From assembly GCA_900088475.1 (NCBI GenBank), contig FLMG01001436.1, positions 59,754 to 123,753 on the forward strand: a stretch of DNA of 64,000 bases, read 5' to 3'. The stretch's first letter is position 1. Every line of letters starts with the position of its first letter. A program made the translations under genes and the position numbers. This stretch comes from Hyphochytrium catenoides. Taxonomy: Eukaryota; Protista; Hyphochytriomycota. Below, one piece after another: positions 38,757 to 52,198 of the stretch. The notes beneath the pieces were generated by a model, which did not search any database, was not told the DNA's origin, and saw nothing but the letters and a program-made list of their open reading frames with translations.

Positions 38757-41700
38757 ATGAGGGTTATTGTCGGAGGCAGGCTCCTGTCAGAGCATCATAG
38801 AGCGCAACCAGACGTGGCTCCCATGCCAAGCATGAGGTGAGACAAAGAATAGAATTTCCAGAATCATTGAGAAGTAAAGCTCACGTGTTCACTCACGCTT
38901 CGCTGTGCTCTCTCTCTCTCTTCTCCCTCTTTCTCTGTATTGTATCTATCTGTCTCTCTCGGTCTCTCCTTCCTTCTCTTTCTCCTCCCCTCCTCTTCTC
39001 CCTCTGGCGCTCGTCGTCCGCGTCCCGCAACGGTACCTATCAGTAAGAAGCGGGCATCTAGGTCTCCTGCTGTGAACCTGGCACAGCTTTACCATCAGAG
39101 CCAACGGACAGGAAGAGGCGTGAAGTCAGTACAAACGGTCAGGCCCTTGCTGATCCTAGTGCATCTCGTCTAGATCTCCTTTTGCTGACTGTAAAGCATC
39201 ATCGTGTCACCACTCCTATGTCTTCTTCATCGTCAATTATCATCATCTGTCCTCAGGCTCTCTCTCCGTCGTCCGTAGAATATATCCCGCTGCCAAACGC
39301 AGTGTCTCAGTCTCAGCATTATTCTGCTGTCTCTTCCACATTGCCTTTGGCCCGTATTGACTTCTGTCGCTTCTCGCCCTTGTGCGTTCAGCTTCCAAGA
39401 CTGTTCCGCAAGAGCTTAAGTCAGAAACATGGTGGGCTGGTGGAGCGGGTGGTGAAGCTGGAAAAGGACTTCTGTGAGAACGATATGGTTGAGTTCAAGA
39501 AGGATCTATTGGAAATTGGGGCCATACTCGCAGAGGTAGATCGCGCACTTTTTGAGGCTCACTTGCCAAAGTAGAGAGAGCGTAGAGATTTGACGGCTAG
39601 ATAGAGACTCAATAGATATGGAGAGGTGGCGAAAAGCAGGAGAGCTTTGTGGTATGCTGATGAACTATTCTTCCTACACTTCTAGCCAAGCAATGTTGCC
39701 AAGCATGAGGAGAGGGAGCTCTTCATCGCTATTGGGGGGCCTGAGATCCTCATCCGCATGCTCCTGGCCAAAGGAGCTTCAGAAGATGGTGACGCAAGGA
39801 CCTATATCCCTAGAGGAAAGGGGAAAAAACTAAGCAAGGCAGAGGAAAAGAAGCTCCTAATCGAGACGCTGGTAAGACTAAGCTGCAGGAAGGTGTTAGA
39901 TCAGAGGAAAAGAATGAACAGACAACCGGGAGAGGTTGGACCGCTAGTGAAGTGTCCAAGTCTGGTATCACCCTTCACTGTCTACCGGCTTGCGCTCTCT
40001 GGGCTGACGACTGTTTCTCATCCTGCATCGGTCTCATAGAATATTCTGCGAGAGCTAAGCTTCGCGTTTATGAGTTTGACACAGCGGATATGCGTGCACG
40101 ACGACCTCATCGTTTATCTCTTTTCGCTCTTGGGCGAGGGAAACTACTTTGACTACGCAGGTATGCATTCTGAAGGGAATCGGGGTTTCTTAGAGGGTAC
40201 GGTTGGGAACTGTGGGCGTTCGATCGATCGAGAGTAAGAGAAGCGGAGAGGATAGAGAGAGAAGGAACCGACGAGCATGAAGTTTGAGGAATCACCTAGA
40301 AGATAGGGAAGTTGAGGATCTGCTATTATCATCTGACCCTTTCCCTTCCGCCAGCCGGGTTAGTTGAGGAGATGCTAGCAGTGAGGGAGGAGAGCTTCAA
40401 CCTTGCTCTCGTTCCCCGGTTCCACGAGCTGCTGCGCGGGTTTTCCTCGCGACAATTTTCCTTTTTCTGTCGCATTCTCGCACTCGTAGTGTTTGAACCT
40501 GAAGACCGGCAGTTGATGGAGACCTCGAAAGTGCTGAAATCTGTAGAGCTACTGAAGCTCAGGCGTAACAGGATGATCCGGCCAGAGAATGTCATAGACA
40601 GAAATCATGCGATTGTTTTGGGTAAGAGAAGACTAAGCAGGCATTTCCTTGTGCTTGTTAAAGTGAATCATTTCCAGTGCTATTTTCTCAACTCCCGCGG
40701 CGCAAGGTTCTCCGATTACGGAGCCATGAAAGGTGTATTGCCTGCTAAGCTGATGAAGCTCACTCTATGCTGTTTTCTCCTACGACGCTCTAGCGGTCGT
40801 AGAGCGGTCACCTTCATACTACTGGCCTCCAACTCCTTGTAACTTAACTCCGGATGTGGCCGCCTGTTTATCTTTCTCTCGTCTTCTTTCGTTCCTTGCC
40901 ACTCCTTTAGGTCTCCCGGAGCTTATCCCTCGGCTGGTGAAGCTCATACAAGTCCAAAATGCCACTCCGCCCAGTGAGAACATTCCGGACCAACTACAAG
41001 CGAATCTAGAGATTCTTCTCTTCCTCGGAATGAACGAAGAGAATGATTGGGACTACTTGCCAATAGAGCCGGTAGACAGAACGCAGGAGCGAGAAGCAGA
41101 AGGAGAAAGGTCAGGACAGGCAGCTGGGATGGGTTCAGGTGCCGGAGCAGGATTATGGGCGGGTATTGGTACCACAGCCACTGCTGCTGCGTCAACAGCG
41201 GCAATGTTGGCAGAGTTCATGCTGCCTCCTCTTTCTCCCTGGAACGCTTCCAGAAACCCTCCCAACAACCAGCAGGACGGGAGTCAGGTGGGAGCTGGCG
41301 TGAGAGGAGGCGCAGCCGCCGCTGGACTAGGAGCAGCGGGTCATACGCCAATGAATGCGACACCACGGGGACTACAGAGCGGACCAACCGCTTTGGCAGG
41401 AGGTAAGAAGTGGGCACTCTCTCGGCTATTTTAGGAGGCTACTTCGTCTGCGGGAGAAAGGAATCAACTAGCTTGTGTAGTGGAGCGTTGAAGTACAGAC
41501 AAGGCCAAAAGCAAGGGCAAAGCAAAAGTGGAAGAGGAATGAAGATTGGAGTAGATCAAGATTGAGTAGAGCCTAATCGGCCCCGGGTTGGCCTGAAAGT
41601 GTCTTAGGGGCTCATCGGCCATGCCGCCTGCTGACTGGCTCTTTAGTTGGTCGTGAAACAGGCAATCAAGGCTCTAGAGGGAATAGGTTCTTTCAGATGT

Positions 41701-44382
41701 TCGACATGCACCGCCAGATGAAAGCATTAGCTCTAGCGCCACATCAGGTCAGCTCTATAGTCTGAGCCTTACATTGCCGTATCTCGCTGCTATCAATGGT
41801 TGCGATACTTATGTATGTGGCGCTGTCCCAACTTCCCTCTTTGACTTTCAGGTGGAGGTGCTGTTCGTCCTATGCACACTGCTTGGCGGAAAGAGGAAGG
41901 CAGATGTCCAGGACTCACTTGCTTCTCTCGGGTTTATTGATGTACTTTCGGTCATGTTTGACCGCCTGAACTGGAACCAGCCACCCAGGCCTAATCCAGC
42001 GCATCTTGAGCGCCTTCATGGACCAGGGTGAGGTGTCAATTCTCTCTTTCTTCTTGTTGGTCATGTCTCTCTGCGATCCAGTTCTGCCCTGTTTGGTCAT
42101 GAGACGTCTTCTGCGCATCGGTGGCTCGTCTCCCTGCCGCTTCCCTAGTCTCAGTCTAACGTCTCCGTTCGGTCTATCTGGACTAATCGTTATTGCATTC
42201 GCTCTTGCTTGTTATCCTCAGGTGCGACTGCAACTCCGAGTCCGCTATTCGGGTACAATTCCTTCGTTTGGTGCACAACTATTGCGACAGAGACTGTGAT
42301 CCAGCGAGGGCGCCCTCCGAGATGCTTTCAAAAGAAGAAAGAGCGCTAGCGAACTGTAAGTGTGGGATTGATCTTCTAGTGTCAAAGAATCAGGGACGAG
42401 AAGAGCGGAAACCAAGGTCATATCATGGGACATCTTTCTTCATGATCTACAGGAGATTGTAGCACTATGCAAAGAGAGAGAAGGAGCGAGAGGGAGACAA
42501 GAGAGCGAGAGAAAAGGAGGAGAAGAGAGGAGACAGAGAGAGAGGACGAGAGAAGTCAGTCCCTAGAAAGGATTCTTCCGTCGCCGGGGGCCTCGATCTC
42601 CTCCACCAAACGTAACCCTTCGCGCAATTAATCGCTGCCTTTCCATGATCCGTTGCTGCAGCTGGGGCTGTCACCTACCCTCCAGATCTGCAAGCCCCAA
42701 CTCGAGGGCTGCTGGTCAAGATCATCGCGGTACTCATGAAAGAGCCACATGATTCCACCTACAGGTTCTGGCTGGCATCCTGCATAGAAACCTTCTTGCG
42801 GGGAGCAAGTAAGTAATATTCTTGAGAGGGAGGGTCTAGCCATTTTCCAAGAGACCATTCTGCTCATTGTTTCTCTTTCTAGTGGCATAGACTGTCCGCC
42901 CTCTTGTGTCCTCTAGTGGCATGGTGAATGTTTTGACGGAACGAAACTACTAGTCTGCTCTTGGAACATTCACCTTGGCTGAGTGTACGGTCCTTTGTCC
43001 GTCGCCGTTTGAAGTCAAGTCCTGCTCTATACTATACTGATCATAACGTTTCTTCCGATGTAGGCAAGAATGAGCAGGTATTTGTGGCCCGAACGGGTCT
43101 TCTTCGGCATCTGGTGGACGAGGTGCTGGCAGAGGGCTTCAGATGTGCCGGATGCCTCCAGACGGGCTTTGATCTGCTCGGCGAGCTTATCAAGGGCAAC
43201 AAAGACGTGCTAAGAGAGTTTGGCGCTTTGCTCCAAGGACCAAAGCTCAACAGGCTAATGCGTATCCTTCCCTCACAAATACTGGCTCAAAAACTGTCAT
43301 CTCCGTACAACTCCCATTGACTCCTGGACCAGTCTTTCACCTTTCTCAAAAATCTGAGGACGCGTTTATCATCACTACTTGGCTGAGCGTTTTAATTCCC
43401 ACTCTGGCCTTTGATTTTGACCTTATTGATTATCTGGCGCCATTGCTGTCAGCGTTGTCCTTAACCTCGGTGTAGAGGTGGTGGTGTCACACCTTGTCGA
43501 TTCAAATGTATTTATTAGGGCTATGCTACTCTCCTTGGAGAAGCTTCGGGGTCCAGCCAGCCCCAAGGACTTTGTCCCAGATAGTGTTAGCGAGCCTTTC
43601 AGGTAGGAGTCCTCGCAACAATTAACTTCAATGTTGCGTCCTGATCAAGCTTGATGGTGTCAGCCCTCATAACCCGGACCATCCGATCTAATCTAATGTC
43701 TGACAAATCTGACTTCATGTGCCTCTGTGACGGCCCTTCGTCCGCGGATACGCTAATCCTTGTGTGCTAAGCTCAACTTCACCTCTTGACTGAACCTCCT
43801 CCTAAATTGAACTCCTTCCCAGGTTTGACTTCGAGGATATCTTCGAGTTCTTCACTTACAGCAAGGTTCGCCTTCTGCGGGACCTGATGACGGTCGTCTC
43901 AGTTAGTGAGGTGAACCATGAGAATATTTGCTGCCTCAACACGGCAGTGGTTATCTTTGTCTTTGCGCACAGGCAAGGCATGGTAGCATCGATTGTTCAG
44001 GTACGGACAACCGTCAATGTGCAGTCAGACACAAGGCTATTTCACCAAGGCGTAGTGAATGGAAAGGGCAGTCAAGACTAAGTCTGACACCTGCTAAAAA
44101 TCTAATCATGTCTACTCTCTTTTGAAGGCTCTGAAGCAGTACGAGGCAGAAGGAAATGGCAAAGTAGCGACTAGGAGAAACTTCAGAGAACTTCTCTGGT
44201 TTTGGCGCGAGTACTATTCCCGTGGGAGAGACCGCCTAAGCTTAGAGTGTTCCTCCGGTGTCCGGTTTTCTGAGTGGCAGGCTGCGGTGGAACTGCTTTG
44301 TGCGGATGATGGAAGCCCAACAGCACTGCTCGCTGAGCCCCTGCGATTAGAGTTTGGCAAGCTGTGCAAACAGTCAATGTGA
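38757..44382 (+). CDS. TRPC4AP: TRPC4-associated protein (TRUSS; DDB1-CUL4 substrate receptor) homolog
   Basis: CDCNSESAIRVQFLRLVHNYCD, YRFWLASCIETFLRG, QTGFDLLGELIKGN, LVDSNVFIRAMLLSL, NHENICCLNTAVVIF, NFRELLWFWREYY...LECSSGV.FSEW, collinear with recalled TRPC4AP motifs. The exact start is less certain. Confidence 0.88.
43262..43475 (+). other. U12-type (minor spliceosome) GT-AG intron, phase 1
   Basis: 5' splice site GTATCCTTCC. Branch site TCCTTAAC at 43458-43465, about 11 nt before TAG|, with no polypyrimidine tract. Removal gives GPKLNRLMQVVVSHLVDSN in frame. Confidence 0.88.
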
Positions 44383-44847
44383 TGTAGTCTATTGGCGCTG
44401 ATAGCGACACTATTTGGGGCAGTTTGGAACGAAGACTTAGTGCAAGAATCTGTCAAACGAGCCTATTGAGAATTGGCTAATAATCTTATTACTTTCTGCT
44501 TGAGTGTCATTGTCTCCAAGACAAACTGGCAGGGAAAGCGAGGCCCCGTGGGGAGAGAATGCCACTTTTTGGCTATATCCTCTCCACTTGCTGTACTGTT
44601 GATGCAGTAGCACTGTTTCTATCACTCATCAACACCTCTGTGATTGGAGGCTACCATCCTGACGCAGGCAGCAGCCTGGACTACCAACCAGATGTGGCAA
44701 TGCAATACCTAAGCAACTAAGCAGAATATTGACCATAAGCACCAGTCTGACTCATGAGGCAGAGGAACATAAGGTGGGAGGGTAATGAGGAAGCAGGGCA
44801 ACAACGACCCTATTCAATAAATAATAGACAGTGGAGGTCACCCGCTG

Positions 44848-47652
44848 CTAGATGAGTCCAACTTCAACGGCAAAGACCAGGTCATAGATCATGGCAAAGA
44901 AGAAGAACAGAGCCACCAAGGGCCAGGTGCAAGCGACCCATCCGGGAACTCTCATCCTGATGTTTCGTCCATCGTAGCGTGAGATAGCAAAGATGACGGC
45001 CACAAAGAAGCCTGACTCCATGTTAAGTGCCAGAGATGTGAAAACCTCTAGCACCACAAGGAATCCTGTTGGGTTCATTGATGCAACCACCAGGACCAGC
45101 CCGAAGGACACGAAGTACATCACTCCTTGTAAAACTCTAGGAGAATGGCGAGAAAGGATATTGTAAGGGTGACAGATCCCACGCCAACGAGGATCGACAG
45201 TGAAGGCAAATAACGAGGGTACACAGGATGCTTGACAAGGGAGCAGATCCACGAGGTAACAGCTAGTGGCGCCCGATTTACAGAGGTACAGATGAAGGGG
45301 TCACGAAACGCCAAAATCAATGACTCTACCTGGTGCCTCGTAAACACTGAAAGAAATTGCCAGCCCCTAGACAGATGTTGACAGTCTGACTCCACAACCC
45401 TCCAGGGCCGGCAAGGCTTTTGATGAGACCGTCCACCATATGCTTCAGTCCGGAGCCCATGGTCAGATAGCTCACGGTAATTGATACGGCGATGAAGGTA
45501 TCCACAATCTGAGACATCCACTTGAGGCCCGGAAAGTCTCTATTGATGATGTTTAGGATCGGCACCGTACTGATCTGCCCAGCTTTGTGAGCAGCAAGGA
45601 GGGTTACGGCCTCATTACCAGCTGTAACAGTCACTCATTAGTCTTAACCTGTCACGCTGTAAACCACTCTTGAGAAAGCAGAACATGAGATTCAACGATA
45701 CGGAAAAGTTGGGAAGAAGTAAAACGCAGCTCTGCGATGTGCCATTCAAAAGGACCTGATTCGTAGCTAGAGAGGTCAATACGACGCAGAGAATGGACAG
45801 CAGACAAGAAAGTGAGATACACTACCAGCTTTTGACCCTCCCTCCGCCTCCTGGGGCACAATCTGAAGCACGAAGTAGGCCCAAAATAGATTGAGAATCC
45901 AACACGTAAGAATTCCATAGCACACAGCATTCCGAAAGCCCGCCAGATCAGTGTTCGGTACTGTTCCATATAGCACAGGCATAATATTAACAATTCCGCC
46001 AAGTGCCACCGTTCCCATCAAAAAAGGTTCTCCCGCGTGTCCCCAGGAACTGGAGTGCTCCACATCCAGATGCCCAGCCAAATAGCCTGAGCCGCCCACG
46101 AGGACGAGCAGTAGTGCCACCTTTAGCACCGTGGCATATGAAATGGCGTTGCTGACCAATTCGTAAAGAAAGATCACCACGAGCGTGAAGCTAATGATGA
46201 AAGGAGCTATCATCACAGTATGATCCACGCCTAAGAGATGGCCAAAGGCTGTAGATCCCGCAAGACCGTAGCTGACAAGGACGGACATGAAATGCACAAT
46301 CACAGCTACGTCAAAGACAAACGCAGCCCAAGACTTTAGGTATAAACTGCTGAGACGGTGAAGGCTTGGACCCTCGGCTAGGCCGGAGTTGGCTGAGCTG
46401 CCCTGCCTTGCGACTGCGTGAGGTGTAGAGGAGATAGAACCACAATGTCAGACCACATTAATGCTTGACAAGTCGTCGGGAGACTCGCTAAGTGTTAGCG
46501 TACCGGCAGCGCGTCCAATCTCTTTGCTGCTTGGACTCTTCCTAGCGAAGAAAGCAAGGAACCGAGGCATCCCCCTGACCATCTTGGAGCCATCGGGTGC
46601 GGAATACGGTTCAGCAGACGCCTTCTGTACCTTCCGTGGCTGAACTTCAGGGGACTAAAGACAACAGACATCATTGAGGATCCAAGCTAAGAACCAAAGG
46701 GCTAATGCCGAGACACATACGAGCCCAGGAATGAATGAACGGGGAACAAAAACTCTCAATACTCACTGCGAATTGCAAGGCCTCATAGTCAGAGCTCTCG
46801 TCACCCTTCTGAAGCAACTCCACCATGTAGATGACCGTAAGGATCTGCAAAGAGTAACCGTTGACCCGTAAGTGCCAACTCCCATCTATGCTATTTTCGT
46901 ACTCTTACCTGCATGACGAAAGTCATTGAAAATCCTGCACAAAAGGGCGTAAAACCGCTCTGATAAAGAGACACAGGAAGCCCCAAGATGCCTATGAAGA
47001 AGAAATCTGGTTGGTTAACTTAACCTGACTTCAAGATGCCAAAGATGCAAGAATATGAACAGTCTTGGGGGCACAACGTGGCTACCATGGCGATTCGATA
47101 GAATGGTGGTCAAAGAGGATCATAAGCTAGAGCCTATCAGCTTCCCCAACCATACCTGTTCCTAACGTGGCTGCAATGGAGACAAAGTAGACGTAGAAAA
47201 GAATCCGAAGCTTCGGGCCACAAAGCCCCCGACCAGGGGCACCTGTTCGGTCACCCTGACGTTCACCTAACCATGAAGTGAAGATCAGCATTCTATAGAC
47301 TAGTGTCTAGTGGTACTATACGGCCACTATCTATCTCCTTACTTGAGCTCCGCCTAAGCAGATCTTGGTCCCTTTGGCTCCCCTGAGCCACAATAGGGCT
47401 AAGGGTGCGCTTAGGGGTAGCTCTTTTCTTCACGTCCTGCGTTGGCGACAACGGTATGTCCGCTAAAGCGATCGGAGAGGTATGACTGCTCAGCTTCCCA
47501 TAAGCCGAAAGATGTTCTGCTTGAGGTATAGAAATATCCAGAGTCGATGCATCAACAACATTCTCCCCTGAGCCATCTTCTAGGGAAGAGGTCTCTGTGT
47601 CTTTGCCTAGTCTTTCTCCACCAGCTGCTTTATCGCTAGTAGTACTGATCAT
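44848..47652 (-). CDS. Amino-acid permease (AAAP/HAAAP, Trp/Tyr-permease-like) with long hydrophilic N-terminus
   Basis: YFVSIAATLGT|GILGLPVSLYQSGF TM1 signature, HFMSVLVSYGLAG, PFLMGTVALGG, FIAVSITVSYLTMGSGL, and many hydrophobic segments. Confidence 0.8.
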
Positions 47653-48724
47653 CTTGAATTCATAAGCCCAGGCTCTCAAGTGACAGCTGCACCGCTGAGG
47701 GTTTGTTGCTTTTCCTAGCCGTCTGAGAGCTTCTGCTATTACGAGCAGTTGGAATGGTCAACTATGCAAGGCCTTTCCATACACCGACGTAAATACTTGC
47801 TATGGCCAAGACGCGATCTGTTTCTAAAGCTCGAGGTTCATCTGATGAGGAGATGGTGTTGGCAGATGAAGATCAGAATGTCTCATTTAGCGCGCAATAA
47901 AGGTTTCCTGCACTGGACATCACGGGGCAAACCCACAGCGATACCGGCGCAGAGTATGGCATACCAGGGGCATTACCAAACCCACACGGTTCTCACAAGG
48001 GTTGTTAGACCTGCCATCACATCAGAGTCAAGCCCTCAAAACCTGGTAAGCCGGTAATCGATACTACTGGAAGAATTAGTTATCAACGATTGATGAAGAG
48101 TCAAATTTTTGTGTAGCTCCCCTCCTCATCATTCTTGGCAACAAAGCTGTTAAGCTTCCTATCTGCTACAAATCAAGGGACTCTCCTGATAGAACTTGAG
48201 ATCTACTCTGCAACAGCTTCTGCAACCTGACCTTCTCCCCCCAAAAGAGTCTCACAAGCTCACAAGAAGCACTCTTTATTCCACTCTCTTATCTGCCCCT
48301 TTGAAAATTGCGAGTCAAACGAGATTCATACGGTAGCATTTTTGAATACGTTCTGCAGGAGTGCTGGTTCCCCAGCAGCAAGCGCGCAATGTATTTATTA
48401 TTGTAGGACACTAGTTAGGTCACTTTTCTTCTCGCATCATAGAGCTTAACTGCGTTCAGAGCACGTAGGATAACCTTCATGGCTGACCTCTTCAATAAAG
48501 CCAAGCTTGAATATGTCAAGCTGACCTACCCTTCAAAAATGCCCTGGCCGACCAAACACCAGAGGCCGTAACAAACTATAAGCCGTGTATGGCCCAAAGC
48601 TATGACCTAAATAGGCTAAAAACATCCCCCTTGTTGCCATGAACCCGGTAGCTAGCCAAAGGCAAAGCAGCCAACAGACCAACCCAAACCGTGGGCTTAT
48701 ATACTTGCTCTGTTAGACTCCATG

Positions 48725-51577
48725 TCAAGGTATGAGGTAAGAGAGCAGCAGACGCCTGGATGTCTCGGCTAAAGAGCGGCTTAGGTGGAACCTCGTGAGG
48801 TGAACTATGTCGTCAAATCCTTCGACTTTCTGTCACGTAGTACTCTTCGTGAGGAAAGACGTGGATTGGGCCAGAAAGCAACATTGCTGAACTCACCTGC
48901 GGAGGAACAAGATCCTAATGGAGGAAGGGAACGTTGCAAATGGAGTATGAGAGAGCGAGCAAGCGTTAGCCACAGAAAAGTCACAAATTATAAGGGTGTA
49001 AAGGGGTGGACCTTGTACGCCTTGTGGATAGCCATAGCAGGAAGCACTCGTTTGTCGGTTGACCCGGGGTCTAGACCTCTGAACATGTTGAGATGAAATG
49101 ACATTTCCTTAGGAAAGTCCAAGAAGATACATCGGACTCCAACGTTCTACACCATTTTATGAGGGTGAGGCCTGTCAGCTTGAAAGTGAAGTACAGAAGA
49201 CTCGGCGTAAAGAGGTCGACTCACCATCTCTTTAGCAAGAGATATCCATTTCTTTCTAGTCTGCAGATAGCGGTCACCTTAGTATTACCTAGAAAATTAG
49301 GAATGAGTTCTTACTCGTTTTGTGCATACCTGGACTTCCTTATTCGTGTTATCTACTATGACACTCGAACCTTTAGCAAGGCTGGACTTGCAACTTTGTA
49401 GGCAGTTCTGAAGGGTCTTCAAGGTATNNNNNNNNNNNNNNNNNNNNNNNNNNNNNNNNNNNNNNNNNNNNNNNNNNNNNNNTCGCCGGACACCCCACAA
49501 GTATCAAGAGCTCTTGATCCTTTGTCTTGAGTTCCAACGAGGGCAAAGGGGGAGCTACACATTGGTCTGAGCAACATGTACACAAGGAGCGCCACTTGGA
49601 TGCTTGGCGTACCGTTTGCTAAAGAACTAGGCTTGAAGCCAAGGTCTGCATTTATCCGGATTGAGTGCAAGGCCTGAATGATGGATGCTTGGCGTTATGG
49701 AGGAGGGCTAACCACTACTTCCGCGTCCGTAAGCACCTGTTTTGAGCCAAGAAGGAACTCCTCTGGTGTAAAGAACTTGATACCTGGGATGCAAGGTAAG
49801 CGTCTGATAGTCTGGTATCTCCTCTTAACATTCCATGACCCACCTAGGTTCAGTGCAAACTTCAAGTCTCCTGCCGAGAAGTCTTTCTTCCTCCCACTTG
49901 CTAGGTAGATACAGGTTGAGTAAAGAGTGGTCATAAGAAGGCGACAACAGTCTCACCTGCAGGTCTCCCAGCAGCATCTCCGACGAAGAAGCAGTTCCCC
50001 GTGTACAGGTCCAGACCCCCGTTATGGTACGTCGACTATCCCAGTAAGGGAATTTAGCACCCCGATGGGATGCACTCAATGAGTGAACGTTGGAGTGTGA
50101 ACGCCAAAGTCCAAGAGAAAACCGAGGAAAGAGAAGGGAGCCAAATGGCGTTGAAGAGGGGATAGCCAAGCAAATTTACAGCGAAGAAAGGTATTAAGAG
50201 GCTGTGTAGTACCATGAGGTGCCACATCCCTGTTCGCGGCTTACGCATGAGATCGTCCCCCACAGCAAGGTAGATAGATATAGGGAGATGGAGCTGTTCG
50301 AGTTTCTTCGCGATAGCATGGAACTTTTGCTAAACATGGGAAGCGGATAAGTCGATCAGAATGTAAGTGTAGACAGTCTTCAACCTTGGGTGGCCTACCT
50401 TCACCGCCTGGACGTCTGAGCTTCCTGTCTGCACGCCCTTCTGGTTTGAAAAGAAGACAAGCTTAAAGCCTGTCTTAAGTAACAGGTTAGAGAAGACCTT
50501 GCGATGAGGTCTCAAGAATAAGTTCATACTGACCAGCCGCGTGAAGCTCCTCCAGCTTCTTTGTTACGTTTGGGTGCCACCATCGCCAGTCTGAAGCTGA
50601 CTGCGCAAATCTTTTACCACTAGCTGTGGTTATGATTGTTCCTGAAGATGGTGGAGTCACAAAAGGGAGGACTTGAGGTTACGACATGAGTGCCGAGCAG
50701 AAGGTAAAGGCCACCTACCATCAACGTCAAACGAAGCGATTTTTTCTTTGTGTTCAGCCTTTGGCGAGATCATACAGAGAACAGAAAGATTGCCGTCTGC
50801 GTCGTAAAATTCTTCCCATATCCAATCATTTCTCTTGATGACGGCCGCTGGTGCTTGCACTGACATAGGATGTGGGATAACCTTCTCGCCTATGTCATCT
50901 GGGTTGAGGATTGAGGAAGGTAGAGTTCCAGCAGTGCCGTACACAGCCGAAGCGGGCTTCTTCACCTCGGTGAGGTCCTCAGAGGAGAGCTTCCGCTTCT
51001 GGCTAGGCCTAGCCAGCTGAAGTGAAGGTTGACCATCGCTGCTTTCCGCACCAGGAAGCGGAAAGGCGCAATGCGTTAGTTCTGATTCCCCAGAGCCGTC
51101 GGGTGTCACGGCGAAAGGTTCTAAGGGCACGAGACGTTTCTCACGTAGGCAGGTGCTTATCCATTTTGCTAGGAGAGGCTGCATCAGTGCTTACAGTTAG
51201 CACTTTTGCTAGCTGCAATCTCTATTTATCCTAATACCTGCACAGCCTGAAGGGCGGTCGTTCCGTTGGCCGTGCGCACCTCTTCATTGAACATTTCATA
51301 GGAAGCCGGAGACTCCAGAAGAGCGTAGGCGTTGGCCGCTCCACTTGCTGCTTCGATGAAAGCCTGTGTGAGAAGATAGAGATCAGGGGCTATAGAGGAC
51401 CGAAGTAGCGTTGGTTACGTGCACCTTCGTCGGAAGCACTCGCCCGCCGTGGTCGACAATCTGCTGAGTAAGTGAAGAGCGTCTTACAAAGGACATCTCC
51501 TTTCCGAGAAACATAAAGACCATATTCTCAAAGTACTTCTCCTTGGCACCTAAAGTGGCCTTCTTCCTCGGCCCCAT
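48725..51577 (-). CDS. PNKP: Bifunctional polynucleotide 3'-phosphatase/5'-kinase with N-terminal BRCT-like domain
   Basis: HAD motifs IASFDVDG|TIITTASG, DWRWW, FFSNQKG, RKPRTGMW, FFVGDAAGRP, KDFSAGDLKFALN, FFTPEE. Kinase ILVGCPA[N-gap 49428-49482], VIVDNTN, EGFDDI. Confidence 0.92.
48897..48914 (-). other. 18-nt microexon of PNKP (DLVPPQ)
   Basis: ccattag|GATCTTGTTCCTCCGCAG|gtgagt joins HKAYK to KVEGFDDI in phase 0. Confidence 0.78.
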
Positions 51578-52198
51578 AGCTCCAGCCGAACGGCAGGTGC
51601 TGCACAGGCAGTACTCCTCAACGACCTACAGGAACTTCCCAGGTTGCCGTGCAGTCCGATGCAGGGTCAAAGCTGGTAAGCAAGCACGGCAGAACTGGAA
51701 CTGGGCAGTCGGCCTATCAAGACAAGAAGAAAGGCCTGGCTGCCGTCGAGTGAATCAATGATAATAAGAATCCAATAATGAAGAGTGACAAAATCTCTCC
51801 AGCTTGCGCTGACGGCCGTTATCGGCTTCATGTTGAAGCTTGAAACATCATCTCCATCTCTCTTTCTTTGATGAACAAGAACTTTGTGTTTGCAGCCACC
51901 GAGGGGTAGGTCCGCTGCAAAAGAGGCGTGCCATGAACGGGTCAGCATAGTGGCACATATCTTAATGCAGGCCAGGCTCTCGAGGAGGTTATACAACGAT
52001 ATATTGTTAATCCGATGAATGCAATAGCGACTTCAATAGGTCATAGAGTACGACTATAGCGAAAACCGAGGTGAACATTCCTGGGCCGAGAACGCGTCAC
52101 TTTCACTTCCTTGATGATGGGACATGGCGAAGCCAGTTGCAAAAGGGTCCTTACAGAGTCTCACTCTTTCTATCATCGAGCGTAGGCCACATGTCAAC

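Noticed and set aside
48060-48720. Possible snRNA (Sm-like ATTTTTG plus small hairpin tgctgg/ccagca)
   Set aside because: No recognisable U1, U2, U4, U5, U6, U11 or U12 conserved sequence; an Infernal search would be needed to revisit this.
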